Assembly: GCA_965223325.1 (NCBI GenBank)
Contig: CBDCWI010000001.1
Coordinates: 1,888,001-1,952,000 of the forward strand
DNA: 64,000 nucleotides
Source: Candidatus Multivoradales bacterium
GTDB taxonomy: Bacteria > Acidobacteriota > Thermoanaerobaculia > Multivoradales > Multivoraceae
Reading direction: 5' to 3'
The notes below the pieces were generated by a model. It was not told the origin of the DNA. It saw only the letters and a list, made by a program, of their open reading frames with translations, and ran no database searches. This document shows, piece after piece, positions 10,025 to 19,559 of the stretch. How positions within the stretch are numbered: the stretch's first letter is position 1; each line of letters opens with the position of its first letter. The translations under genes and the position numbers were made by a program.

Positions 10025-10882
10025 ATGACCCCAACTCGCAGCTACCAACAGCCTCCACACGGCGTCGTGTCCGCGCCGAATGCCCTCTTTCTGCCGCTCG
10101 CCCTCCTCCTGGCCGGCCTGATCGCGCTTCCCGCTCTCGTCCTTGCCCAGCAGGCCGAGGCCGACCCGGCGCTCGAGGCACAGGCAGCTGCGGACTGGAA
10201 AGCAGCCGACGAAGCCTTCCGCACCAAGCTCGCCGACGCCGCCGAGCGCGAAGACTGGGATGAATATGGGCGCCTATGGGAAGAGTGGGGCGAACGCTTC
10301 GGGCGTGAGATGGAGCGCCGGATGGAGCGGCTCGACTTCAATCACGAGCGCTTCGACGAACTTCACGGCGAAGAGTTCGAGCGCAAGATGGAAGCCTGGG
10401 CGCGCGACTTCGAAGACCGTATGGAGAACACCGACTGGGAAGAAATCGGTGAGCATCTGGGCGAGCTCGGAGAAGACTTCGGGAAACACATGGAAGCCTG
10501 GGGCGAAGACTTCGGCAAGAACATGGAGGCCTGGGGCGAAGGGTTCGGCGAGCGCATGGGTGCGTGGGGTGAGCACTTCGGAGAGCACTTCGGGGAACAC
10601 TTCGGAGAGAACTTCGCGCGCCACATGGCCGACGCCTTCGACGAGATCGACACCGACGGCGACGGCGAAATCGACGTCGACCTCGATGTGGTCGACTTCG
10701 AGCAGCTCGGCCATGCGATCGAAAGCGCCATCGAGGCTGTCGACTGGGATGAGATCGGCCACCTACTCGGCGACGCATTCGACGGGCTCGACGCCGCCAT
10801 CGAGGCCGCCGCCGATGCCGCCAGTGAAGCCGCCGCAGCAGCTGCGGAGAGTGTCGACCACGACGGCCGCCTCAAGGAGTAG
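10025..10882 (+). CDS. Secreted acidic helical protein with 11-aa and 4-aa repeats and an EF-hand-like loop
   Basis: AGGAG RBS; signal peptide (...LVLA-QQ); GEDFGKHMEAW-type repeat x3, GEHF-type x4, DTDGDGEID. Confidence 0.8.
   Translation: MTPTRSYQQPPHGVVSAPNALFLPLALLLAGLIALPALVLAQQAEADPALEAQAAADWKAADEAFRTKLADAAEREDWDEYGRLWEEWGERFGREMERRMERLDFNHERFDELHGEEFERKMEAWARDFEDRMENTDWEEIGEHLGELGEDFGKHMEAWGEDFGKNMEAWGEGFGERMGAWGEHFGEHFGEHFGENFARHMADAFDEIDTDGDGEIDVDLDVVDFEQLGHAIESAIEAVDWDEIGHLLGDAFDGLDAAIEAAADAASEAAAAAAESVDHDGRLKE
10469..10615 (+). repeat. Coding tandem repeats: 3 x 33 bp then 4 x 12 bp
   Basis: ggagaagacttcgggaaacacatggaagcctgg-like x3, followed by ggNgaRcacttc-like x4. Confidence 0.85.
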
Positions 10883-11103
10883 CCGCGACCCGCAAGGGCA
10901 GCCCACATGGGATGCACGGTGCCGGCGGTTGAGTCCGATTGCGCCAGGTCTCGCCCGAATCACCGGCGCTCTACCGACTTCTAGCTGGATGTGGGCAAAC
11001 CGTGCTCTCGACCTCGCCAGCGTGATCTAGACTCGGGGTTCTCACTTCTGCCCGGCCATAGGGCCATAGGGCGATTCGCTGAATTCCCCGTCGGAGGTCT
11101 CTC

Positions 11104-11544
11104 ATGGTTCAGGCGCGAGCGCGCAAGCGGGTCCGTCGTGTCGTTCAATCGGGACGCGTCGCCGTCACCACCAAGGAACACCGTCGGATCGAGGAGTACC
11201 GCGACCTATCACTCGGCGGGCTTTTCATCCAGACTCTGATCCCCGAGAGACCGGGCAGCTCGCTGCGCGTCGACCTCAAGCTCATGGGGCTGACTCTGAG
11301 CGCCCCGGCACGCGTCTTGTGGACCCAGAGGCAGAGCAGCCGCAACCCCAGCGGCATGGGCGTCGCGTTCGAAAGTCTCAATCCGCAACAGAAGAAGCTG
11401 ATCTACAAGCAAATCAGCGCCTGGCTCGAGCAGGGTCACAGCCTGGACCCCGGAACCCCGCCGCCGCGCGGTGATGGTGGTGGGCTGGGACAGAGAACCA
11501 AGACCGCACGACGCTCACTCCTTTCGCGGATCAGAGGCCGCTAG
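11104..11544 (+). CDS. PilZ domain protein (c-di-GMP effector)
   Basis: RxxxR (RKRVR) and DxSxxG (DLSLGG) motifs, ARVLW...GMGVAF; GGAGG RBS. Confidence 0.88.
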   Translation: MVQARARKRVRRVVQSGRVAVTTKEHRRIEEYRDLSLGGLFIQTLIPERPGSSLRVDLKLMGLTLSAPARVLWTQRQSSRNPSGMGVAFESLNPQQKKLIYKQISAWLEQGHSLDPGTPPPRGDGGGLGQRTKTARRSLLSRIRGR

Positions 11545-11685
11545 CAACGCCACGAGCAGTTAGCGAAGTCGGCGACAGCAGGCATCGATTCACTTTTCCA
11601 GATCCGCTCCGAGCGCTGGATTCGCTCTGTTGAATCGAACCGTACCTGGCTCATCCCCCGCCGGCTCCATCTTCGCTGTTCGTCC

Positions 11686-11704
11686 CGTGACAAACATGGT
11701 CACG
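11686..11704. promoter_or_regulatory. Palindrome, candidate enhancer-binding-protein site (UAS)
   Basis: CGTGAC-N7-GTCACG about 70 bp upstream of the sigma-54 element. Confidence 0.4.
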
Positions 11705-11772
11705 AATCACTCGGCACATCGAGACAGCAACCTGCGTCCCGAAGGTGTCCCTCATCCCAACTCGACAGGTTG

Positions 11773-11788
11773 CGGCACTGGCATTGCT
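11773..11788 (+). promoter_or_regulatory. Sigma-54 (-24/-12) promoter of the TonB-dependent receptor
   Basis: CGGCAC-TGGCA-TTGCT with exact GG-N10-GC spacing. Confidence 0.65.
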
Positions 11789-11876
11789 CTCTCTCCTTGC
11801 ACATACCCCTAAGACCTGCGAACGAGCTCGCCCGCTGCGGGTTCGCAAAACGACGGGTCTTGAACAAGGAGACATC

Positions 11877-14861
11877 ATGCGAAACCTATCCACCCACTCC
11901 ATGGCGTGGACGGTGGCACTCGCAGCCCTGCTGCTGAGTGTGGCGTTCACGAGCGCGGGCATCGCCCAGGCGCCGACGGGCAACATCTTTGGCACCGTCA
12001 CCGACACTGACGGCGAGGCGCTTCCGGGCGTCACCGTTTCGCTCTCGGGAATTGGCGCCGACAAAGACGTCATCACCGACGAGCAGGGACAGTTCCGCTT
12101 CTTGGCACTCGATCCGGGCGCCTACACTCTGGCCGCCGAGCTCGACGGTTTTGGTTCGATCGAGTACCCGGGCGTCGATGTGCGCGTCGCGCGCAACACC
12201 ACGGTACCTCTCGTTCTGCAGTCGGCTGTCGAAGAGACCATCACGGTAACTTCCGAGAGCCCGCTTCTCGACGAGCGCAAGCTCCAACAGGGCACCACGA
12301 TCACACAGGTCGAGCTCGAAAAGATTCCCACCGCTCGCGACCCGTGGTCAGTCCTCAATCAGACACCGGGCGTGCTGGTTGACCGCGTGAACGTTGGCGG
12401 TAGCGAATCCGGCCAGCAGTCTTCCTTCGTTGGCGCCGGCGTGTCCGACGACGAGAACGACTTCATGATGGACGGCGTCCAGGTCACCGACATGTCGGCG
12501 ATCGGCGCTTCGCCCGGCTACTACGACTTCGACCAGTTCGCCGAGATGCAGTTCTCGACCGGCGGCACAGACGTCACCAAGAACAGCTCGGGCGTTTCGG
12601 TCAACCTGGTCACCAAGCGGGGCACCAACGAGTTCCGCGGCTCAGCGCGGTTCAACCTCACCGAGGCTGGTGGCTACTTCGGCGGTGCGCTCAAGCAGTC
12701 GCAGCCCGACATCGACCAATTCCTGGACACCGATCAGGACAGCCTCACTGGGGCACAGATCCGCCGCATCGAAGACATCGGCTTCGAAGCCGGTGGTGCG
12801 TTGATCACCGATCGCCTCTGGCTGTGGGGTTCCTGGGGTCAGAACGATATCCAGCAGAACGCTGCCAGCGGCACGGCCGACGACACCATCCTCGAGAACT
12901 CCTCGATCAAGGCCAACGCTCAGTTGGGCGCCTCCAACTCGGCCGTTGCCTCCTGGAACAACGGCAACAAGCAGAAGTTCGGTCGCGGGGCATCAACCAC
13001 CCGTCCCGATGAGACCACTTGGAACCAGCGTGGTCCCACCGCCGTCTACCGCTTCGAAGACACCCACATCGTCAACTCAAACCTGTTCGTGACCGGCACG
13101 TACTCGATCGTCGACGGTGGCTTCCAGCTCGGCGCCAAGGGTGGCGTTGGTCCTACCGGGCCCAACGTCTGGCGCAGCATCGACAACGTCTGGCACGACA
13201 GCTACCTGTCCGGCTTCTCGAGCCGCCCAGGAGACGAGTTCAAGGCCGACGCTTCGTACTTCGTCACCACCGGATCGCTCAACCACGAGCTCAAGGTCGG
13301 CGGTCGTTTCCGCAACTTCCAGAGCCGCTCCGAGTTCTCGTGGCCGGGCAACAACACGTTCACCGAGCACCAGGACGACGGCACCGCCGAGCTGGGCACG
13401 ATGCGCAGCAGTGAGTCGCCCTCCGAGCAGGACTACTTCTCGATCTGGGCGCAGGACACGATGACCACCGGCAACCTGACGGTCAACGTCGGTTTCCGCT
13501 ACGACCTCCAGGAAGGCGAAAACTCGCCGACCAACGTGCGGGCGAACCCCGTCGTTCCCGACCTCATGCCAGCGATCTCGTTCCCTGGCGAAAAGCCTGA
13601 CTTCGAGTGGGAGACCATCCTGCCGCGTCTCGGTGCGACCTATGCACTGGGCGAAGACCGGACGACCCTCCTGCGGGCGAGCTTCGCGCAATTCGCTGAT
13701 CAGCTAGAGACCAGCGACATCACGCACAGCAACCCAACGGGCGACTCTTACATGTACTTCTCGTTCGATCCGGCGACGACGAACTCGGGCGCGTGGACCG
13801 GTGAACCACTCACCTTCCTCGATGCTTCGGGTATCGACCGTCTCAACCCGACGGCCCTGTCGAGCCCGAACATGCACGACCCGGGACTTGACGCTCCGAT
13901 CACCAGCGAACTCCTGCTCGGAATCGAACACGCTGTCGTGCCCGAGTTCGTGATCGGCGCCACGGTCACTGCGCGAAAGGTCGAGGACATCATGGATCAG
14001 CGCTTCTTCGTGCGCGATGCGGCCGGCAACGTTCGCACCGAGCGGGCAAGCGACTACATCCTCGAAGACTCGGCGAACATCCCGGAAGCGTTCCGGGGTG
14101 GCAACGGCAACATCGTCGGGTCACTCCCCGACGGCACGCCGTTCTCGGTGCAGGCCTTCCAGCTTGCTCCGGGCCTCAGCCGCACCGGTGGCTCTCTCTT
14201 GACCAACGGTGACCGCGAACGTGACTACCTCGGTGCTACGTTCAACTTCACCAAGCGTCTGGCCAACCGCTGGATGGCGCGGGGCTACTTCAACTACGGC
14301 CAGACCGAGTGGGACGTTCCGGGCTCGTATCAGGCGAACAGCGATCCGAACCGTGAAGGCTACGTCGTCAATGACACCAGCCGAGGTGTCGGCGCAGATG
14401 TCGACGGCGAGCTCTACCTGGTTCGCTCGAGCGGCTCGGGCAAGGGAGAGCGCTTCCTGCAGTCGAGCTGGAGTGCCAACCTCAACGGCATGTACCAGAT
14501 CGCGCCGTCGCAACCGTGGGGCTTCAACGTGTCGGCCAACCTGACCGCACGCGAGGGCTACCCGGTGCCGTACGTGATTCGTTTCTCGGGTGGCGACGGT
14601 GTCAATCGCCGACACCTGGTGACGCCGGACCTCGACAACTCGCGTCTCGACGACATCGTGACCACTGACATCCGACTGGAGAAGGAATTCGCACTCAACA
14701 GCGCGGTCAACTTCACCTTCGGCATCGACGTGTTCAACCTGTTCAACGAGACCACGGAGATGGCGCGCCAGCGCCAGCTCAACGCGAGCTCGGCGAACAA
14801 CCTCCAGGACAACATCAGCCCGCGCATTTACCGCCTGGGCGTTCGTCTCGGCTGGAAGTAA
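11877..14861 (+). CDS. TonB-dependent receptor with N-terminal carboxypeptidase-regulatory-like domain (Oar-like)
   Basis: AAGGAG RBS, signal peptide, GTVTD..G..LPGVTV, plug region (ARDPWSVLNQTPGV...VNLVTKRGTNEFRGS), beta-barrel ending PRIYRLGVRLGW. Confidence 0.93.
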   Translation: MRNLSTHSMAWTVALAALLLSVAFTSAGIAQAPTGNIFGTVTDTDGEALPGVTVSLSGIGADKDVITDEQGQFRFLALDPGAYTLAAELDGFGSIEYPGVDVRVARNTTVPLVLQSAVEETITVTSESPLLDERKLQQGTTITQVELEKIPTARDPWSVLNQTPGVLVDRVNVGGSESGQQSSFVGAGVSDDENDFMMDGVQVTDMSAIGASPGYYDFDQFAEMQFSTGGTDVTKNSSGVSVNLVTKRGTNEFRGSARFNLTEAGGYFGGALKQSQPDIDQFLDTDQDSLTGAQIRRIEDIGFEAGGALITDRLWLWGSWGQNDIQQNAASGTADDTILENSSIKANAQLGASNSAVASWNNGNKQKFGRGASTTRPDETTWNQRGPTAVYRFEDTHIVNSNLFVTGTYSIVDGGFQLGAKGGVGPTGPNVWRSIDNVWHDSYLSGFSSRPGDEFKADASYFVTTGSLNHELKVGGRFRNFQSRSEFSWPGNNTFTEHQDDGTAELGTMRSSESPSEQDYFSIWAQDTMTTGNLTVNVGFRYDLQEGENSPTNVRANPVVPDLMPAISFPGEKPDFEWETILPRLGATYALGEDRTTLLRASFAQFADQLETSDITHSNPTGDSYMYFSFDPATTNSGAWTGEPLTFLDASGIDRLNPTALSSPNMHDPGLDAPITSELLLGIEHAVVPEFVIGATVTARKVEDIMDQRFFVRDAAGNVRTERASDYILEDSANIPEAFRGGNGNIVGSLPDGTPFSVQAFQLAPGLSRTGGSLLTNGDRERDYLGATFNFTKRLANRWMARGYFNYGQTEWDVPGSYQANSDPNREGYVVNDTSRGVGADVDGELYLVRSSGSGKGERFLQSSWSANLNGMYQIAPSQPWGFNVSANLTAREGYPVPYVIRFSGGDGVNRRHLVTPDLDNSRLDDIVTTDIRLEKEFALNSAVNFTFGIDVFNLFNETTEMARQRQLNASSANNLQDNISPRIYRLGVRLGWK

Positions 14862-14862
14862 G

Positions 14863-15231
14863 AATTGCGCGTGCTTTTAGCACGCGAATTTTTACCCGTC
14901 ACCCCGCCATATGCGCCTGCGGCGCATGGCTCGGCCCGAGGGCTTCTGCCCTCGGGCTTTTTGTTGTTGGGGGGGGTTGTGAGAGTTCCTGGCTGCCTTG
15001 GTGGCTGGAGGGAACTCTGGGAGACGATCCTTGTGCTTCGCCGGCTCACTTGGATCGAGGGATTCTTGTTGTTGGGCTTCATTAGTAATTGCGCGTGCTT
15101 TTAGCACGCGAATTTTTGCCCGTCACCCCGCTATATGCGCCTGCGGCGCATGACTCGGCCCGAGGGCTCCTCGCCCTCGGGCTTTTCTTGTTGTTGGGGG
15201 GTCGTGGAAGTTCCTGGCTACCTTGGTGGCT
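14863..15231. repeat. Two direct copies (about 145 bp, period 224 bp) of a three-hairpin element
   Basis: Copies at 14863-15006 and 15087-15231. Hairpins: cgcgtgct-ttt-agcacgcg, atgcgcc-tgc-ggcgcat, gcccgagggc-loop-gccctcgggc followed by a T-tract. Confidence 0.9.
14934..14963 (+). terminator. Rho-independent terminator after the TBDR (second copy at about 15158-15186)
   Basis: gcccgagggc-ttct-gccctcgggc-tttttt. Confidence 0.75.
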
Positions 15232-15331
15232 CCTTGTCTCCCGTCTTCTTTCGAGGACGGTGCGCCACCCGCTTGCTGCGATCTGGCTTGTTGGCGCCTG
15301 CAGAGGGGCGATGTGGAGGGCACTTCGGGCC

Positions 15332-15347
15332 TGGCACAGGCGTTGCT
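15332..15347 (+). promoter_or_regulatory. Sigma-54 promoter of the VWA gene
   Basis: TGGCAC-AGGCG-TTGCT, consensus -24/-12 element, about 95 bp before ATG 15443. Confidence 0.75.
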
Positions 15348-15442
15348 CTAAGCGCCCTCAGGTCATCGCGCACGGCGCCCGAACTTCGACCCCGCCCCTC
15401 TCCTCCGAAAACGGCACGAGCTGAAACAGAACGGAGCACCTC

Positions 15443-17179
15443 ATGCAGTCCCCTGACTTCGACAGCACCGACCAATCCGTGGCGGCACGCATTCGCGCCA
15501 CTCAGCGTTCCGATCGACTCACCATTGCGTTTGCAGCGCTGTTGCTCTTCGTGGCTGCAGCTTTGAGTCTCCTGGCGGCTTCGCCCGCCTCGGCTCAAGA
15601 GGGTGATCCCGCGGGTAGCTTCGCCGACACGCTCGATGTTCGGGTGGTCAATGTCGAGGCGGTGGTGACGGATAAGCGCGGCGATCGTGTCACCGGTCTT
15701 TCGCCCGACAGCTTCGAGCTCCTGGTCGACGGCGTTTCCACACCGATCGAGTTCTTCTCGGAGGTGCGTGGCGGTACGGTCCTGGCGGAGAACGGCGCCT
15801 CGCCGTGGGAGATCGCCCCGATCTCGAGCACCCAGGCGCGTGGTACCAGCTACCTGGTCTTCATCGACGACTACTTCTCCATCAAGGTCGATCGCGACAA
15901 CGTGCTGCGCAATCTCGGTGACCAGCTCGCCTTCCTCGGCCCCGAAGACCGTATGGCGATCGTCGCCTGGAATGGGCATGGGCTCGAGATGCTTACGAGC
16001 TGGAGCGCGAGTGAACGCGAACTGCAAAAGGCCATTCGAAGCGCCATGGATCGCCCCAGTCGCGGCCTCGAGCGCATCGCAGAGCGCAACACGGCGCTCT
16101 TCGGCTCGCGTCTCGCCAATCGCGGCTATGGCTATGGCTATGGCTACCGCTACGGCTATCGGCTCGCCCACGACGTGAGCCTCCAGTCACGTGCCTACAT
16201 CTCAGAGCTCAGCGTGCAGGTCGAATCTGCGGTCAACGCCAGTGCGGCGGCTCTGCGGAGCTTCGGGTTCCCGCCCGGGCGCAAGGTCATGATGTTGGTG
16301 TCGGGGGGCTGGCCCTTCACACCGGCCGACTTCGTCGCCGGGAACCGCTTCGCGTCGGTGACCAACTACGCCACCTTCGAGCGCGGTGAAGATCTCTACG
16401 CTCCCCTCGTCGACACCGCGAACCTGCTCGGCTACACGATCTACCCGGTCGACGCTCCGGGCATGCAAGCTCGAGCGACCAGTGATGTCTCGCGAGACTT
16501 CGTACCCGGCACCCGCACCCTCGACTACGAGCGCGAAGACGAGATGCACTACACCTTGCGCCGCCTGGCCTCTGAGACTGGTGGGCTTGCGCTTCTCAAC
16601 GGTCTCCGCAGTCATGCCCTCGAGAAGATCGCCGGTGACACGCGCTCCTTCTACTGGATCGGCTTCACCGCACCAAGGGCCGAGGACGGCGTTGTGCATG
16701 ACATCGAGCTCAACGTCCGAGAGCGCGGGCTCCGGGTTCGCACCCGCGAGAACTTCACCGACCTGACGCGCGACCAGGAGGTCGACACCGCCGTCGAGAG
16801 TGCGCTTTTGTTCGGTCAACCTCTCGGCTCCGAACTGACCCTCAACCTTGGTCGTGCTGTCAAGAGCGGGTTCGGCAAGATGCACGTACCGCTCACGCTC
16901 AGTATTCCTGCTGGCGACCTGACACTCCTGCCAACGGGTGAAGATGAGTACGCTACCGAGCTCGAGATTCGCATTGCCGCACGCGACGACCGCGGCGACA
17001 TGTCAGAGATTCCACTCGCGACGCTCCGTCTGCGCGGTGACGAGATCCCCGAACCGGGCGAGAACATCGAGTACTCCACTTCGCTCAAGATGCGCCGTGC
17101 GGACCATGACGTGATCGTCGCGGTCTACGATCCCAACTCGGGCACCCTTTGGTCCGAGGTCGCGCGGGTTTCCTTCTGA
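15443..17179 (+). CDS. Secreted VWA-domain protein (acidobacterial VWFA-related type)
   Basis: Signal/TM segment; VRVVNVEAVVTDKRG..VTGL...F, YLVFID, GRKVMMLVSGG, IYPVD, LASETGG, YWIGF. Confidence 0.85.
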   Translation: MQSPDFDSTDQSVAARIRATQRSDRLTIAFAALLLFVAAALSLLAASPASAQEGDPAGSFADTLDVRVVNVEAVVTDKRGDRVTGLSPDSFELLVDGVSTPIEFFSEVRGGTVLAENGASPWEIAPISSTQARGTSYLVFIDDYFSIKVDRDNVLRNLGDQLAFLGPEDRMAIVAWNGHGLEMLTSWSASERELQKAIRSAMDRPSRGLERIAERNTALFGSRLANRGYGYGYGYRYGYRLAHDVSLQSRAYISELSVQVESAVNASAAALRSFGFPPGRKVMMLVSGGWPFTPADFVAGNRFASVTNYATFERGEDLYAPLVDTANLLGYTIYPVDAPGMQARATSDVSRDFVPGTRTLDYEREDEMHYTLRRLASETGGLALLNGLRSHALEKIAGDTRSFYWIGFTAPRAEDGVVHDIELNVRERGLRVRTRENFTDLTRDQEVDTAVESALLFGQPLGSELTLNLGRAVKSGFGKMHVPLTLSIPAGDLTLLPTGEDEYATELEIRIAARDDRGDMSEIPLATLRLRGDEIPEPGENIEYSTSLKMRRADHDVIVAVYDPNSGTLWSEVARVSF

Positions 17180-17205
17180 GTCGACCAGACCGAATCCAAT
17201 ACGAG

Positions 17206-17234
17206 GCGGCCGAGCGGTAACGCTCGGCCGCTTT
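17206..17234 (+). terminator. Rho-independent terminator
   Basis: gcggccgagcg-gtaa-cgctcggccgc-ttt after the VWA stop. Confidence 0.7.
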
Positions 17235-17287
17235 GCCGTCTGCGAGCGGCGCTATGCTGCCTCCTCTCACCCTAAAGAGGAGACGAG

Positions 17288-18142
17288 ATGAGCGCCAAGA
17301 TCGGTGACGTGACCGTAACCCCGATTGTCGAGATCGATTGGCCGGTCAAGCCCCACTGGATTCTTCCCGACGCCACGCCCGAGAACACGAAGCCCTATCT
17401 CGACTGGCTCGCACCCCACTACGTGACCGACGACGGCCTCCTGCGCCTGGTCGTGCAAGCCCTCTTGGTGGAGTCGCGTGGGCAGAAGATCATCGTCGAT
17501 ACATGCGTCGGCAACGACAAGGACCGCGACAACCCGGCCTGGAACCAACGCGACGGGCCCTTCCTGTCGCTGATTGAAGACGCCGGCTTTCCGCGCGAAG
17601 AAATCGACCTCGTCGTCTGCACCCACCTGCATGTCGACCATGTGGGCTGGAACACCATGAAGAGGAACGACGAGTGGGTACCGACGTTCCCCAACGCGCG
17701 TTACCTATGGGCGGGCGAAGAGTTCGACTATTGGAGCAAGACGAGAGATGAGATAGGCAGCCAGGTGTTTGGCGACTCCGTCGCTCCGATCTTCGAAGCC
17801 GGTCTCGCGCGCTCGGTCGCCAGCGATCACCAGATCACCCCCGAGCTCCGCTTCCTGTCGACCCCAGGACACACCCCCGGCCACTGCGCCGTTGCGATCT
17901 CGTCGCGGGGCGAGGAAGCGATCATCACCGGCGACCTCATGCATCACCCGAGCCAGTGCGCCCACCCCGAGTGGGGCTGCACGTTCGACCTGGATCCGAA
18001 GCGTGCCCAGGCGACCCGCCGCGACTTCCTCGAGCGCACCGCCGACCGCGACATCGCCGTCATCGGGACGCATTGGGGCGGCGACACCGCCGTTGCGGTG
18101 CGGCGCGAGGGAAACCGTTGCCGCGTCGGGAAGCGAAGCTGA
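17288..18142 (+). CDS. MBL-fold metallo-hydrolase (YtnP/lactonase-like)
   Basis: THLHVDHVGWN, PTFPNARY, TPGHTPGH, TGDLMHH; GAGGAG RBS. Confidence 0.92.
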   Translation: MSAKIGDVTVTPIVEIDWPVKPHWILPDATPENTKPYLDWLAPHYVTDDGLLRLVVQALLVESRGQKIIVDTCVGNDKDRDNPAWNQRDGPFLSLIEDAGFPREEIDLVVCTHLHVDHVGWNTMKRNDEWVPTFPNARYLWAGEEFDYWSKTRDEIGSQVFGDSVAPIFEAGLARSVASDHQITPELRFLSTPGHTPGHCAVAISSRGEEAIITGDLMHHPSQCAHPEWGCTFDLDPKRAQATRRDFLERTADRDIAVIGTHWGGDTAVAVRREGNRCRVGKRS

Positions 18143-18239
18143 AGCACAACACACGACCCTCGAAGGAGCACTTGGAACAATAGATACATTGATATAGAAT
18201 GAAGTAATTCTGGCCTTTCTGGCCTTTCAGGGTTTCTCT

Positions 18240-19541
18240 ATGCCCTTCGATTCAGTGACTTCCTTCCCGCAGATCGGCTCCCAGGCCGTGCCGAGCCGTG
18301 CCGACGAAACGGCCCTTTCCAAGCGCCCAGGACTCGCCGTCACCGCGGTCGCACTCGGCGCGCTGGCGGTGAGCGCGTTTCTGGGCGCCACCATCAACCA
18401 CCTGGCAGTGACCTCCTTCTTCCTGATTGCCCAGCTCACCGTCGTCTCCATTGTCATCTGGCAGGCCTGTGACCCCTTCGCCGAGGCGGCGCAATGGCTC
18501 GGTCACCGCTTGCAGATTCCCGGCTCGGTGCGTGGCGCCACCCTCGACGCCATCGCCAGTTCACTCCCCGAGCTCTTTGCCGGCGTCTTCTTCGTCGTCG
18601 TTGCCTTCACCACCCTTGGTGGCGACCGCCAGGCCCTGGCCACGACGATGGGCAACGGCTACGCCGCGGCGCTTGCCACCTGCGCTGGAAGCGCGGTCTA
18701 CAACATGATCTTGATCCCAGCGTTCTGCGCCCTGGTCATCTCGTCGACCCGCAAGGAACAGCCAACGATCGAGGTGTCGTCGTCGGTCCTCGCACGAGAC
18801 GGAAGCTGGTTTCTCGGTTGTGAAGTGCTGCTGGTGTGGTTTCTCTTCCAGCCGGCACTGCATTGGTGGATGGCGGTAGCTCTGATCGGCCTGTACACCG
18901 GCTACGTTCTGGTCCTCCATCGCGAGACAACGAAGTATCGCGCCGCTCTCGCGGGCGGCGATCAGGAGGTCGCGGGCGAAGAAGCCGACGACATCCCCGG
19001 CGAAGCCACTCTGCCCTACGGCCTGGGCGCCGTCCCGTTGACCCTTGCCAGTGCTTGGCTGGTCATTCTTGTGTGCACGGCGGTGGCCGCCGCGGCGTGC
19101 TACTGGCTGGTCGAGATCACTCACGCCACGTCGTACGAGTTCGGTATTCCGGCCTTCTTCGTCGCCGTCATTCTCGCCGCCGCAGCTTCGTCGGTGCCCG
19201 ACACCTTCCTTTCGATCGGCGCCGCCCGTCGAGGCGACGATGACGGCGCAGTCGCCAACGCCTTCGGCTCGAACATCTTCGACATCTGCATCTGTCTGAG
19301 CGTTCCGCTGCTGCTCGCAATCGCTCTCAACGGCGGCCAGCCGATCCAACTGACCGAGAACGGCGAACCCCTGGCGGGTCTCCTCGGCATCCGCCTGATG
19401 CTGATCACCCTCACCGTGATCACCCTGGCCGTCATGTGGCACAAGCGCAACCTGACGCGCAACAACGCGCTCCTCTTGTGCGCGCTCTACGTTTCATTCG
19501 TCGCCTACGCAGTGGCCGGGTCACTTGGACTCGCCGTCTGA
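18240..19541 (+). CDS. Sodium:calcium exchanger (CaCA family)
   Basis: alpha-1 repeat GATLDAIASSLPE...GSAVYN and alpha-2 repeat AAASSVPD...GSNIFD; about 10-11 TM helices. Confidence 0.9.
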   Translation: MPFDSVTSFPQIGSQAVPSRADETALSKRPGLAVTAVALGALAVSAFLGATINHLAVTSFFLIAQLTVVSIVIWQACDPFAEAAQWLGHRLQIPGSVRGATLDAIASSLPELFAGVFFVVVAFTTLGGDRQALATTMGNGYAAALATCAGSAVYNMILIPAFCALVISSTRKEQPTIEVSSSVLARDGSWFLGCEVLLVWFLFQPALHWWMAVALIGLYTGYVLVLHRETTKYRAALAGGDQEVAGEEADDIPGEATLPYGLGAVPLTLASAWLVILVCTAVAAAACYWLVEITHATSYEFGIPAFFVAVILAAAASSVPDTFLSIGAARRGDDDGAVANAFGSNIFDICICLSVPLLLAIALNGGQPIQLTENGEPLAGLLGIRLMLITLTVITLAVMWHKRNLTRNNALLLCALYVSFVAYAVAGSLGLAV

Positions 19542-19559
19542 ACGCCCAGGAGCTCCCTC

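Noticed and set aside
10469-10615. CRISPR-like 33-bp repeats
   Set aside because: The repeats are contiguous with no spacers, in frame, and vary largely at codon third positions, so they are protein repeats.
11545-11876. Riboswitch (for example cobalamin) upstream of the TBDR
   Set aside because: No B12-box or other riboswitch consensus recognised; the sigma-54 promoter and palindrome account for the region. An Rfam scan would settle it.
14863-15231. CRISPR array
   Set aside because: Only two units of about 145 bp, far longer than CRISPR repeats, and no cas genes in the window.
15422-15447. TGAAAC as a third ECF promoter (also at 57169)
   Set aside because: No CGTC/CGTA at 16-17 bp spacing.
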